A stretch of DNA of 42,095 bases from a virus, in the IMG/VR virus record IMGVR_UViG_3300045988_011437, positions 1-42,095 of that record; one strand, given 5' to 3'. Under the pieces are notes generated by a model that did not search any database, had not been told where the DNA came from, and saw only the letters and a list, made by a program, of their open reading frames with translations. Shown here one piece after another: positions 7,990 to 16,532 of this stretch. Positions within the stretch are counted from its first letter, which is position 1, and the number at the start of each line of letters is the position of its first letter. Made by a program: the position numbers and the translations under genes.

Positions 7990-9090
7990 ATGACGAGGAC
8001 GATCCCTCTGAAAATCCAAAATGAGTATATCGCCGGGGACAAGGTGCTTATCGGCGCGGCTGGCAGCCACAACGACGTTGTGTTGCGGATGGAGTTCTCC
8101 CCGCTGTGGGAGGGGCTGACCAAGACGGTGCAGTTCCGGGACGCGTTGGGTGAAAAGACCATCGAAACGCTGCTGACGGCGGACCTGCTGGAGAAGAACA
8201 GCACCACGGTGTATATGGTCCCGGTACCCAACGGCGCAAAGAAATACGCCGGGGAGATGACGCTGGCCGTAAAGGGCGCGGCGGTATCCGGCGATAAGGA
8301 AACGCGGGCCACTACGGCGGTGCACGGCGCGTTCACCGTTGGCGAGAGCAAGTGGGACACCAGTGCGGAGACGGAGCAAGACGTGCCGCCCACGCAGGCC
8401 GAGCAGTTGCAGAGCCAGATCGACGCGGTTCTTGGCACGATAAACGGCGCGGCGGCATCGGCCAATGCGGCGGCGGCATCGGCCAATGCGGCGGCGGCAT
8501 CGGCGCAGAGCGCGGCGGAGAGCGCGGAGACCGCCACGGCGGCGGCCGGAAGCATAGGTAATGCCGTGACGGCGGCGGCTAAAAGCGCAGCGGCGGCAGC
8601 GGCCAGCGAAAAAAGCGCGGCGTACTGGGCCGGACAGGCACAGCAGGCCGCAGGCGGCGGCGTGGTGAGCTTCAACGGACGCGCAGGAAGCGTTGTACCA
8701 CAGGCGGGAGATTATGACAAGGGAATGGTCGGCCTGGGCAACGTGGACAACACCAGCGACCTTGCAAAGCCCATTTCCACGGCCACACAGACGGCATTGA
8801 ACGCCAAACAGGGCAGCATCATCAAGGGCTCTGTGACGCTGACGGTGGCGGGCTGGGTGGCGGACGGCGACGACTGGAAGCAGCCGGTGACCATTGCCGG
8901 CGGCGCAGCGGGAAAGCAAGTGGATCTGGAGGCGGACAAGACGGCCATCAAGCAGATGCTGGAGGACGGCACCAGCGCCCTGTACATCGCCAATGAAAAC
9001 GGGACGTTCACCGCCCATGCGGTGGGAGAGAAACCTACGGCGGCGCTGACGCTGCAGACCACCATGTACGACGTGAAGGGGGCGGTGTAA
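7990..9090 (+). CDS. Tail fibre / tail spike-like protein with Ala-rich repeat region
   Basis: 366 aa. Motif GLGNVDNTSDLAKPISTATQTAL is a motif I recognise from phage tail fibres. It has an Ala-rich coiled linker and follows the head genes. Confidence 0.6.
   Translation: MTRTIPLKIQNEYIAGDKVLIGAAGSHNDVVLRMEFSPLWEGLTKTVQFRDALGEKTIETLLTADLLEKNSTTVYMVPVPNGAKKYAGEMTLAVKGAAVSGDKETRATTAVHGAFTVGESKWDTSAETEQDVPPTQAEQLQSQIDAVLGTINGAAASANAAAASANAAAASAQSAAESAETATAAAGSIGNAVTAAAKSAAAAAASEKSAAYWAGQAQQAAGGGVVSFNGRAGSVVPQAGDYDKGMVGLGNVDNTSDLAKPISTATQTALNAKQGSIIKGSVTLTVAGWVADGDDWKQPVTIAGGAAGKQVDLEADKTAIKQMLEDGTSALYIANENGTFTAHAVGEKPTAALTLQTTMYDVKGAV
8449..8505 (+). repeat. 21-bp tandem repeat, about 2.7 copies, encoding AAASANA repeats
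   Basis: GCGGCGGCATCGGCCAATGCG occurs at 8449..8469 and 8470..8490, with a partial third copy. Confidence 0.85.
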
Positions 9091-9408
9091 ATGGATAACA
9101 GATTTGGGAGATACACCACGCCCACCCATACGTTCACAGTGCCGCTGGACACCAGCAAGATCACGCTGCTTAGCATTGCCTATGAGCAGCGGGGGGCTTT
9201 GGTGGTGGAAAAGCGGCTGGAGGACGCAGTGATGGGTGAGCAGACCATCTCGGTGCGCCTTACGGAGCAGGAGACGGCGCGGTTTGCGGCAAGGACGCCG
9301 GTACACATTCAGCTGCGCGTGGGCATGGGGAGCACGCGGCTGAACTCCGGCGTGATCACCGCCAGCGTAGACGACGTGCTGAGAGAGGGTGAACTGGATG
9401 GAGTGTAA
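9091..9408 (+). CDS. Hypothetical virion protein
   Basis: 105-aa ORF abutting the fibre gene stop, in the structural block. Confidence 0.55.
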   Translation: MDNRFGRYTTPTHTFTVPLDTSKITLLSIAYEQRGALVVEKRLEDAVMGEQTISVRLTEQETARFAARTPVHIQLRVGMGSTRLNSGVITASVDDVLREGELDGV

Positions 9409-9667
9409 CGTTCAGTTTCGCTCGGACAACTGTTTGTTCGGCACGGTGTTTGAAACGGACGACAGTTTTTTTACGGCGGACTTCGGCGTGATGACCGGGG
9501 TGACGCCGGAGCTGTACGACGGCGGCTATGAGCTGTGGCCGGCGCTTACGGACGAGACACTACAGACAAAGGACAGACTGATGGCAAACGACGTAATGCT
9601 GCACGCCATACCGCGGTACGTGGTAGATAACGCGGCGGGCGGCAGGACTATGACCATAGGAGGGTAA
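9398..9667 (+). CDS. Hypothetical virion protein
   Basis: ATG 9398 lies about 8 nt after GAGAGAGGG. It overlaps the previous gene by 11 nt. The ORF track starts at GTG 9389. Confidence 0.5.
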   Translation: MECNVQFRSDNCLFGTVFETDDSFFTADFGVMTGVTPELYDGGYELWPALTDETLQTKDRLMANDVMLHAIPRYVVDNAAGGRTMTIGG

Positions 9668-9671
9668 ACAC

Positions 9672-10259
9672 ATGCCTGAGACAAAGTACAATTCCAAGAT
9701 CGTATTTTACGGCGAGACACTTATGGACCTGACCGGGGACAACGTAACGGCGGATAAGCTGCTGGCCGGCACTACGGCCCACGACAAGACCGGCGCACCG
9801 GTGACCGGCACTTGTACCTTCGACGCGGACACAAAGGATGCCACCGCCACAGCGGCGGAGATCCTGACCGGGAAGACCGCCTATAAGAACGGACAGAAGG
9901 TGACCGGCACCATGCCCAACAAGGGTGCGGTGGCGCTGAAGGTGACGCAGAAAGGCATCCCGGTGAGCATCCCCGCAGGCTACCACGACGGCAGCGGCAC
10001 GGCGGGCATCGCCGACACGGAGGAGGCGAAGCTCATCGCCGGCAACATCAAGAGCGGCGTGGAGATCCTGGGCGTGACCGGCACCTACGCCGGTGAGCTG
10101 GTGAACGGCCAGAAAAAGACCGTGACACCGGCAAAGGCGCAGTTCTCCGTGCTGCCGGACGAGGGTTATGACCACCTGACCGAGGTGGTGGTGAACGGTG
10201 TGCCCATTGCCTACGCTGACAATCCTGCTGGCGGTCAGACCGTGACGATCGGAGCGTGA
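9672..10259 (+). CDS. Fibre-like structural protein (paralogous N-terminus with 10265..10972)
   Basis: N-terminus KIVFYGETLMDLT matches RVEFFGETLMDVT of the next gene. Repeats of the type AAEILTGKTAYKNGQKVTGT / IKSGVEILGVTGT are present. Confidence 0.55.
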   Translation: MPETKYNSKIVFYGETLMDLTGDNVTADKLLAGTTAHDKTGAPVTGTCTFDADTKDATATAAEILTGKTAYKNGQKVTGTMPNKGAVALKVTQKGIPVSIPAGYHDGSGTAGIADTEEAKLIAGNIKSGVEILGVTGTYAGELVNGQKKTVTPAKAQFSVLPDEGYDHLTEVVVNGVPIAYADNPAGGQTVTIGA

Positions 10260-10264
10260 TGTAA

Positions 10265-10972
10265 GTGGCGAACAGCCGGGTAGAGTTCTTCGGTGAGACC
10301 CTGATGGATGTCACTGACACGACGGCCACCCCGGCGAGTGTCACTGCGGGTAAGGTCTTCTATCAGGCGGACGGACAGCGGGCGGTGGGTACGGCAGCGT
10401 ACCAGCCGAAGGTCTTTGAGGAGATCGTGACGCTGACCACCACCTGGGAAGGGACCGGCCCCTACACGCAGACCGTGATGACCGGGCAGGACACTCATTA
10501 CCGGGTGGACGTGACGCCGACGCCGGAGCAGCTGGCGCAGATCGTGTCGGACGGCGTGACCATCATGCAGGCCAACAACGTGGACGGAAGCATCGTAGTC
10601 ACCTGCGTGGGCGCTGTGCCCAGCGTGGCGCTGGCCATGCGGCTGGTGTTCGTATATACGGAGAACGGCGCAAGCGAGCCGCCGGATCCTGCGGAGTACG
10701 AACCGAAGGTGATACTGATCTCCATTCCCCTGACTGCCACGTGGACGGAGGTGGACGGCAAGTATGAGCAGACCATCGTGGTGGGCGAAAATCCCAAGTA
10801 CATGTACGACCCGCAGCCCACTGTGGCGCAGATAGAGCAGCTGCAGGAGGACGGCGTACAGGCGATGGTGTTCGTGAACACAGACGGAACGGTAAAGGCC
10901 GTGTGTATAGGCGGTACGCCCTCCACGGCCATGACGATACAGGGTACAAAGACGATGGTGTACTCGAATTGA
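10265..10972 (+). CDS. Fibre-like structural protein with internal tandem domain duplication
   Basis: GTG start. There are two domains of about 85 aa, each beginning Y(Q/E)PKV. They share LT(T/A)TW...Y.QT...DGV..M...N.DG....C.G..PS.A and lie at about 10400..10660 and 10697..10950. Confidence 0.55.
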   Translation: MANSRVEFFGETLMDVTDTTATPASVTAGKVFYQADGQRAVGTAAYQPKVFEEIVTLTTTWEGTGPYTQTVMTGQDTHYRVDVTPTPEQLAQIVSDGVTIMQANNVDGSIVVTCVGAVPSVALAMRLVFVYTENGASEPPDPAEYEPKVILISIPLTATWTEVDGKYEQTIVVGENPKYMYDPQPTVAQIEQLQEDGVQAMVFVNTDGTVKAVCIGGTPSTAMTIQGTKTMVYSN

Positions 10973-10982
10973 GGAGGAAAAT

Positions 10983-11807
10983 ATGAGTTCAATTATCGGT
11001 AGGCCAATAATGGTAGGGGGTGCTGGCGGCTATAAAATGGCATTTGCCAGTCTGACACCACAATCCGGCGTGACTTATACAGACGGATTATCCAGCCTTA
11101 GACCAGCCGTTCTATCCCTTATGTCTGCGGCCATATCCAACAATAGAGATATTACCAGTGCGACCCTGACTGTATATGTGGATTATGGCGACATCCACCG
11201 TAAGATTGATGTGGGCGATCAGGTAACGATTGCACTGAATGGTGTCAATTACGCATTTGACGTGATTGGCTTTAACCATGATACGCTGACAACATCTACC
11301 GCGTATGGTGCTACCACCAAGACCGGCAAGGCTGGTATCACATTCCAGATGCATGACCTGTTTGCAACGACCTATGTGATGAACAGTTCTAACACAAACA
11401 GCGGCGGCTGGAAGAGTAGCGCTATGCGCACCTCGACGATGGCGACTATGAAGGGGTATCTGCCCGCAGCATGGCAGACAGCCATCAAGCCGGTCAATAA
11501 AGTTTCCGGCACTGGCGGCGGTTCTTCAAGCGGTACGGAAACAGTCTCCGACAGCTGCTTCCTGCTGGCCGAAATCGAAATCTTTGGTTCCACCACCTAT
11601 TCCGTTTCTGGAGAAGGAACGCAGTACGCATATTACAAGGCAGGCAACTCGAAGGTGAAGAACAAAGGTGGCTCCGCTAACGCCTGGTGGGAGCGTTCTC
11701 CTCGTTCTGGCAGCAGCTTTCGTTTCTGTAGTGTCAACAGCAACGGCGGCGCCGGCATTGGCGGCGCCGACGGCGGTTATGACGTCGCTTTCGGCTTCTG
11801 CGTCTAA
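10983..11807 (+). CDS. Putative receptor-binding protein (DUF6273-like C-terminal region)
   Basis: 274 aa. Motif ANAWWERSPRSGSSFRFCSVNSNG resembles the WWLRSP signature of DUF6273-type surface domains. The gene is visibly less GC-rich than its neighbours. Confidence 0.6.
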   Translation: MSSIIGRPIMVGGAGGYKMAFASLTPQSGVTYTDGLSSLRPAVLSLMSAAISNNRDITSATLTVYVDYGDIHRKIDVGDQVTIALNGVNYAFDVIGFNHDTLTTSTAYGATTKTGKAGITFQMHDLFATTYVMNSSNTNSGGWKSSAMRTSTMATMKGYLPAAWQTAIKPVNKVSGTGGGSSSGTETVSDSCFLLAEIEIFGSTTYSVSGEGTQYAYYKAGNSKVKNKGGSANAWWERSPRSGSSFRFCSVNSNGGAGIGGADGGYDVAFGFCV

Positions 11808-11904
11808 CAAAACAATTGAAAGAAAGGATGACTACACAATATCGTCCGCATGGGAGCCGGGTGCTACGGGCACGGAAAGCCTGTGGGCGGAAGTAACAGA
11901 GTAA

Positions 11905-11934
11905 AAAGGGTGCGGGGAGAATTACTCCCCCCGC
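11905..11934 (-). terminator. Putative terminator of the small minus-strand gene
   Basis: Minus strand reads GCGGGGGGAG TAATT CTCCCCGC (bulged stem), then ACCCTTTTTA. It overlaps the last codons of the gene. Confidence 0.45.
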
Positions 11935-12047
11935 TGGATGTAGGCTTCTTCGGCATCAAGCTGTGCCTGTTTGAGCGCAGCAACGGCCTTTTCAAGCTGG
12001 GCAATGGCGTCGGTGACGGCGTTAAACAGGGTGAAATACTCGGGCAT
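11922..12047 (-). CDS. Small helical protein (41 aa) antisense to the late operon
   Basis: ATG at 12047..12045 is preceded by a perfect AAAGGAGGTG RBS. Product is MPEYFTLFNAVTDAIAQLEKAVAALKQAQLDAEEAYIQRGE, followed by a hairpin and T-run. Confidence 0.5.
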   Translation of the reverse strand: MPEYFTLFNAVTDAIAQLEKAVAALKQAQLDAEEAYIQRGE

Positions 12048-12148
12048 GGGAACACCTCCTTTCTGCAAGCAGGATAGCATAGGTGGCGTGTCAGAAACGG
12101 TCGAAGGGTGTCGAGGGGCAAAAATAATTTGAGAGGAGAACGCGGCGA

Positions 12149-12457
12149 ATGGAACCGTGGGTACAGCAGATCGCCGTACCGCTGGCGGTAGCGGTGCTGA
12201 CAAGCAGCGGTTTGTGGGCACTGGTATCGAAGCGGGCGGACAAGAATAACGCAGAGCGGAAGATGCTGGTGGGGCTGGCGCATGACCGCATCATCCATCT
12301 GGGCATGGTGTACGTGACAAGGGGGTACATCACGCAGGACGAGTACGAAAACCTCAATGACTATCTGTACCAGCCGTATGAAAAGATGGGCGGCAACGGC
12401 AGCGCAAAACGGGTCATGGAGGAAGTAAGGAAGCTGCCCATCAAGAGAGAGGCGTAA
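12149..12457 (+). CDS. Single-pass membrane protein, first gene of the lysis cassette (holin-associated?)
   Basis: GAGAGGAG RBS. N-terminal TM segment IAVPLAVAVLTSSGLWALV. Adjacent to the holin and endolysin genes. Confidence 0.55.
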   Translation: MEPWVQQIAVPLAVAVLTSSGLWALVSKRADKNNAERKMLVGLAHDRIIHLGMVYVTRGYITQDEYENLNDYLYQPYEKMGGNGSAKRVMEEVRKLPIKREA

Positions 12458-12475
12458 AGCCGGAAAGGAAGAAAT

Positions 12476-12697
12476 ATGAAGCTGAACAACAAGACCTATG
12501 ACATCATCAAGTGGGTGGTTATGATCGTGCTGCCCGCCCTTAGTGCCCTGTACGTGGGACTGGGCGGCATCTGGGGCTGGCCGTACATCGAGCAGGTGGC
12601 GGGGACTATCTCCTGCATTACCGTGTTCCTTGGCGCGCTGCTGGGCATTTCCAGCGCCAGCTACAAGAAATCTACGCTGGATGAGGAGGCCATGTAA
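12476..12697 (+). CDS. Holin (two TM segments, Dp-1-type pattern)
   Basis: 73 aa. YDIIKWVVMIVLPALSALYVGLGGIWGWP plus a second TM segment ISCITVFLGALLGIS. The next gene starts immediately after the stop codon. Confidence 0.75.
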   Translation: MKLNNKTYDIIKWVVMIVLPALSALYVGLGGIWGWPYIEQVAGTISCITVFLGALLGISSASYKKSTLDEEAM

Positions 12698-13381
12698 ATG
12701 GCCGCCCCGAAAGTCTACCTGTCCCCGGCTATGCACATGGCAAACCCCTGTGTATATCCGCGCCCGGATGGGAAACAGTGCTATGAGGCACTGGAGAACA
12801 ACGAGTACATCGACATTCTGGAGCCGATCCTGAACCGCTGCGGCATTGCCACTAAGCGCGGGTACCGGCGCACCCCCATGAACGGCGACAACGGCGATGC
12901 CATCATGAAGCAGAACGTGAGGGAAAGCAACGCATGGGGCGCGGACGTGCATTACGTCAGCCACACCAACGCCATCAGCAACGGCGCGGAGCAGACACGG
13001 GTGAGCGGGTGCAACCCCATGTACTACACTTATTCCAGCAAGGGGAAGAAGTTGGGCGAGATCATGGTGAAATACCGCAAGCAGGTGTACCCCGGCAAGG
13101 TGACGCTGGTGCCAAACGCCAAGTGGTACGAGCTGCGGGTGCCGAACGCGGTGAGCTTTTACGAGGAACACGCTTTCCATGACAATCCCAACGACATCGG
13201 CTGGTGGCACGAGCACATGACAGAGGTGGCGGAGAGCGCCGCCAAGGGCCTGTGCGAGTGGTTCGGCATCCCGTATGTGGAGCCGGAGACACCGGAACAG
13301 CCGACCGTGACCGAAACGTACACCGTGAAGGTGACGCGGAGCGCGGACGGGAAAAGCGGCACGTGGGAGATCGTGAAGTGA
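12698..13381 (+). CDS. Endolysin, N-acetylmuramoyl-L-alanine amidase (Amidase_3-like)
   Basis: Motifs GADVHYVSHTNA and SFYEEHAFHDN are typical of zinc amidase_3 catalytic domains. It follows the holin. Confidence 0.85.
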   Translation: MAAPKVYLSPAMHMANPCVYPRPDGKQCYEALENNEYIDILEPILNRCGIATKRGYRRTPMNGDNGDAIMKQNVRESNAWGADVHYVSHTNAISNGAEQTRVSGCNPMYYTYSSKGKKLGEIMVKYRKQVYPGKVTLVPNAKWYELRVPNAVSFYEEHAFHDNPNDIGWWHEHMTEVAESAAKGLCEWFGIPYVEPETPEQPTVTETYTVKVTRSADGKSGTWEIVK

Positions 13382-13390
13382 GGTGAAGAC

Positions 13391-13741
13391 ATGACGGTTA
13401 CAGATACCATTTCGCAGGCGGACGAGCTGCGGCTGAACACCATAAGCGACGAGCAGAAAGCGGCGTGGGTGATGGGGCTGGACCAGCAGATTGGGGAGAG
13501 GATCGATATGGACTCCTACGTACACAGTTGGCCGGCGGGCGACGGGGAGCTGCTGCTCCCCGCGCCCTACGACCGGGTGTATGTGCTGTATCTGTGCAGC
13601 CAGATCGACTACTACAACAACGAAACGGCGCTGTATGGCAACGACAAGGCGGTGTATGACGAGGCGATGAGTGAGGCGATGGCGTGGTGGCGCCGGCAGC
13701 ACTGCCCGGACAACACCGGGAATGTGCAGGTGATGGGATGA
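13391..13741 (+). CDS. Head-tail connector/adaptor-like protein (putative)
   Basis: 116 aa. The pattern YVLYLCSQIDYYNNETALYGNDKAVYDEAMSEAMAWWRR resembles gp6-like connector proteins. Weak, by recollection only. Confidence 0.45.
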   Translation: MTVTDTISQADELRLNTISDEQKAAWVMGLDQQIGERIDMDSYVHSWPAGDGELLLPAPYDRVYVLYLCSQIDYYNNETALYGNDKAVYDEAMSEAMAWWRRQHCPDNTGNVQVMG

Positions 13742-15273
13742 GACTGGCAAGCCTGCCCTATTCCCTGAACCCCAACAAGGTGGAGATGGTGCAGATGCGA
13801 GGCATCAACTGGTCGGATGCCATACAGAACGGCGATTTGCGGGACAGCCTGAATTTGTCGGCCAGACGGTGGCCGTACATCACCACGCGGAAAGGAAGGT
13901 TGAAGCAGACCGGGTACAAGAATGTGACGGCGCTGACATCGTGGGACAAGCTGGTGGCGGTGCAGGGGACTTCCCTGTTGTACGACGGGCAGACGGTGGG
14001 CACGGTGACGGCGGGAAAGAAGCAGTTTGCCGTGGTGAATACCAAGATGGTGATATGGCCGGACAAGGTGTATCTGGACATCAAGGACCAGACCGTAAAG
14101 CCGCTGGCGGCGGAGATCACCGGCAGCAAGGCCACGTTTGCCACTAACAAAATAACCGTGAACGGCTGGGCGGACCTGACCACGAAGTTCAAAGCGGGCG
14201 ACGGCGTGACACTTTCCGGCTGCACATCCAAGACGGAGAACAACAAGGATTTTGTCATTAAGGCGGTCACCTCCAACACGATCACGGTGGCGGACAACAC
14301 ATTTACGGCGGTGAACGAGGCCAGCACCAGCATTAAGATCGAGCGAAAGATACCGGACCTGGACTACATATGCGAGAGCGAAAACCGGCTGTGGGGCTGC
14401 GACAACGACACGCAGACCATATACGCCAGCGCGCTGGGCGACCCCACGAATTTTTACGTGTATGAGGGACTATCCACAGACGCCTATACGCTGGCAGTGG
14501 GCACGGAGGGGAAATTCACCGGCTGCTGCAAGCTGAGCTCTTCGGTGCTGTTCTGGAAGGAGACAAAGCTGCACAAGATGCTGGGCAGCTATCCGGCGGA
14601 GTACGCCATGTACACCTACGAAATGGAGGGCTTGCAGGATGGATGTCAGAAAAGCCAGCAGGTGATCAACGACACGCTGTTCTATAAAGGCCCTCACGGG
14701 GTATACGCCTATTCCGGCGGCACGCCGGTGCTGATCAGCGACAACTTCGGCGAGAAGGAGTTTACCGATGCGGTAGCCGGCAACGACGGAGACAGCTACT
14801 ACCTGAGCGTGAAGGACGGCGCGGAGCACCGGTTAATGGTGTACGAGACCAAGACCGGGATATGGGTGCTGGAGGACGGCACGGAGGCGGTGGACTTTGC
14901 GCGGCTGGGCAAGAAGCTGTACATGCTGGCGGGCGGCGACGTGTACCTGCTGGATGGCGAGGACACGCCGCAGGCGCAGGAGTGGATGGCGCAGTTCGCC
15001 CCCATGTATGAGACCATCGACGGCAAGAAAGCGTATTCCAAGATACTGATGCGGCTGGAGCTGCCGAAGGGCAGCTACATGACGGCACAGATGCGCTGCG
15101 ACGGAAAGCCGTGGCAGACGTGCGGCAAGGTGGTGGGCAAGGAGCACAACGTGACCAGCCTGCGGCTTGCGGCCAACCGGTGCGACAAATTTGAGCTCAG
15201 GCTGGAGGGCAAGGGCCCGTGCACCATACTGGGCATATCGAGAGCGTTTATGGTGGGGAGTGATGTGAAATGA
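13738..15273 (+). CDS. Large virion protein (tail/nozzle-like, beta-rich)
   Basis: ATG 13738 overlaps the previous stop (ATGA). 511 aa. Function is inferred only from position. Confidence 0.55.
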   Translation: MRLASLPYSLNPNKVEMVQMRGINWSDAIQNGDLRDSLNLSARRWPYITTRKGRLKQTGYKNVTALTSWDKLVAVQGTSLLYDGQTVGTVTAGKKQFAVVNTKMVIWPDKVYLDIKDQTVKPLAAEITGSKATFATNKITVNGWADLTTKFKAGDGVTLSGCTSKTENNKDFVIKAVTSNTITVADNTFTAVNEASTSIKIERKIPDLDYICESENRLWGCDNDTQTIYASALGDPTNFYVYEGLSTDAYTLAVGTEGKFTGCCKLSSSVLFWKETKLHKMLGSYPAEYAMYTYEMEGLQDGCQKSQQVINDTLFYKGPHGVYAYSGGTPVLISDNFGEKEFTDAVAGNDGDSYYLSVKDGAEHRLMVYETKTGIWVLEDGTEAVDFARLGKKLYMLAGGDVYLLDGEDTPQAQEWMAQFAPMYETIDGKKAYSKILMRLELPKGSYMTAQMRCDGKPWQTCGKVVGKEHNVTSLRLAANRCDKFELRLEGKGPCTILGISRAFMVGSDVK

Positions 15274-15596
15274 TCGTTTTCCCGGAGAGCATAAACGAGC
15301 TGCCGAGGGAGAACCCGTCAGAGGCGCTGGACATAACGGAAAACTACATTAAGTACATGTGCCAGCGCATTGACTGGGCAATGGGCAACGTGACAAAGAA
15401 CGTCAGCAAGGCGGGCGTGTCCAACGCGGAGATGTACATTCTGCTGACGGCGCTGCAGAATACGGTATCCGCCCTGCAGAGCACGGTGAACAGCCAGGGG
15501 GCCAGCATATCGGCGCTGACGCAGAGCGTGACGATACTGGGCAACGACTACACGGCGCTGGAGCAGAGAGTGGCGGCGCTGGAAAACAAGACATAA
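15270..15596 (+). CDS. Hypothetical virion protein with C-terminal coiled coil
   Basis: ATGA overlap with the previous gene. Heptad-like LQNTVSALQSTVNSQGASISALTQSVTILGNDYTALEQRVAALE. Confidence 0.5.
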   Translation: MIVFPESINELPRENPSEALDITENYIKYMCQRIDWAMGNVTKNVSKAGVSNAEMYILLTALQNTVSALQSTVNSQGASISALTQSVTILGNDYTALEQRVAALENKT

Positions 15597-15607
15597 GGAG
15601 GATGCCT

Positions 15608-16522
15608 ATGGCTATACGGAAAAACAAAAAAGCGACGACCGGCAGTGTTATGGGCGCAGTAAGCGGACTATTCGGCGACCCGAATAACCGGAGCAACATG
15701 GCGGACGCCGTCGCCATGAAAAAGGCGGCAATTAAAAACAACGCGGTCAATGGCGCCCTGGCGGGCGCAATGGGCGGCGCTGTGGGCGGCGCACTGAACT
15801 ACGGGAACAGCGGCGGAAATTCCGGCGGTGGCTACACGCGGGTGGAAATGCCGGTAGATGTGGGCGCACTTCCCACCTTCAACAGCTCGTATCTGGATCA
15901 GCTGAATGCTTTGGCGCGGCAGCTGACCAGCATGAACTACGAGGACTGGACAAAGGGCAGCCAGTACCAGTCGCTGGCGGATCGGTATGGCAACAACGGA
16001 CGGATGAGCATGCAGGACGTATTGGGGCAGGTGGCCGCCCGCACCGGCGGCTTGGCCTCCAGCTATGCCACCACGGCGGCGCAGCAGCAGTACAACCAGT
16101 ACATGGCGCAGCTGGAGGAAGTGGCGCGGCAGATGTACTCACAGGAGCGCGGCGACATTATGGACACCGCCAATTTGTACCGCAATCTGGCAAACGACGA
16201 GTACGGCCGCTATCGGGACAGCCTGGCCGATTACAATGATCGTCTGGCGGCAGCACAGAGCGCGGCACGGAGCGCATACATCGGCAGCGGATACGCCGGC
16301 ACGACAAGCATTGACCGGCTGAAAAGCCGCAGCGGCAACGGTGGCTCCGGCGGCAGCGACAACGCAAGATACAGCAGCAGCACGGCACTGAACCTGGCCA
16401 CCAGCAACGCAAGGACCACCAGCGGGCAGATGATGGCGCTGGAGGCTATGTACGAAAACGGGAACATCACAAAGAAGCAGTACAGCGATCTGGTATACGC
16501 CGTGAAGAACCCGGGGAAATAA
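15608..16522 (+). CDS. Hypothetical Gly/Ala/Ser-rich protein (internal virion protein?)
   Basis: AAGGAGG at 15595..15601. ATG 15608 has better spacing than ATG 15602. Confidence 0.5.
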   Translation: MAIRKNKKATTGSVMGAVSGLFGDPNNRSNMADAVAMKKAAIKNNAVNGALAGAMGGAVGGALNYGNSGGNSGGGYTRVEMPVDVGALPTFNSSYLDQLNALARQLTSMNYEDWTKGSQYQSLADRYGNNGRMSMQDVLGQVAARTGGLASSYATTAAQQQYNQYMAQLEEVARQMYSQERGDIMDTANLYRNLANDEYGRYRDSLADYNDRLAAAQSAARSAYIGSGYAGTTSIDRLKSRSGNGGSGGSDNARYSSSTALNLATSNARTTSGQMMALEAMYENGNITKKQYSDLVYAVKNPGK

Positions 16523-16532
16523 GGAGGGCGCG

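Noticed and set aside
8449-8505. GC-rich short tandem repeats as a possible CRISPR array.
   Set aside because: The repeats are directly abutting with no spacers, are in frame within a coding region, and number only 2.7 copies.
11668-11904. Alternative-frame ORF overlapping the end of 10983..11807 and extending 32 codons beyond it (..DDYTISSAWEPGATGTESLWAEVTE), as a possible frameshift extension.
   Set aside because: There is no start codon of its own after the overlap, no slippery sequence identified at the junction, and an Ala/Ser/Thr-rich low-complexity upstream part.
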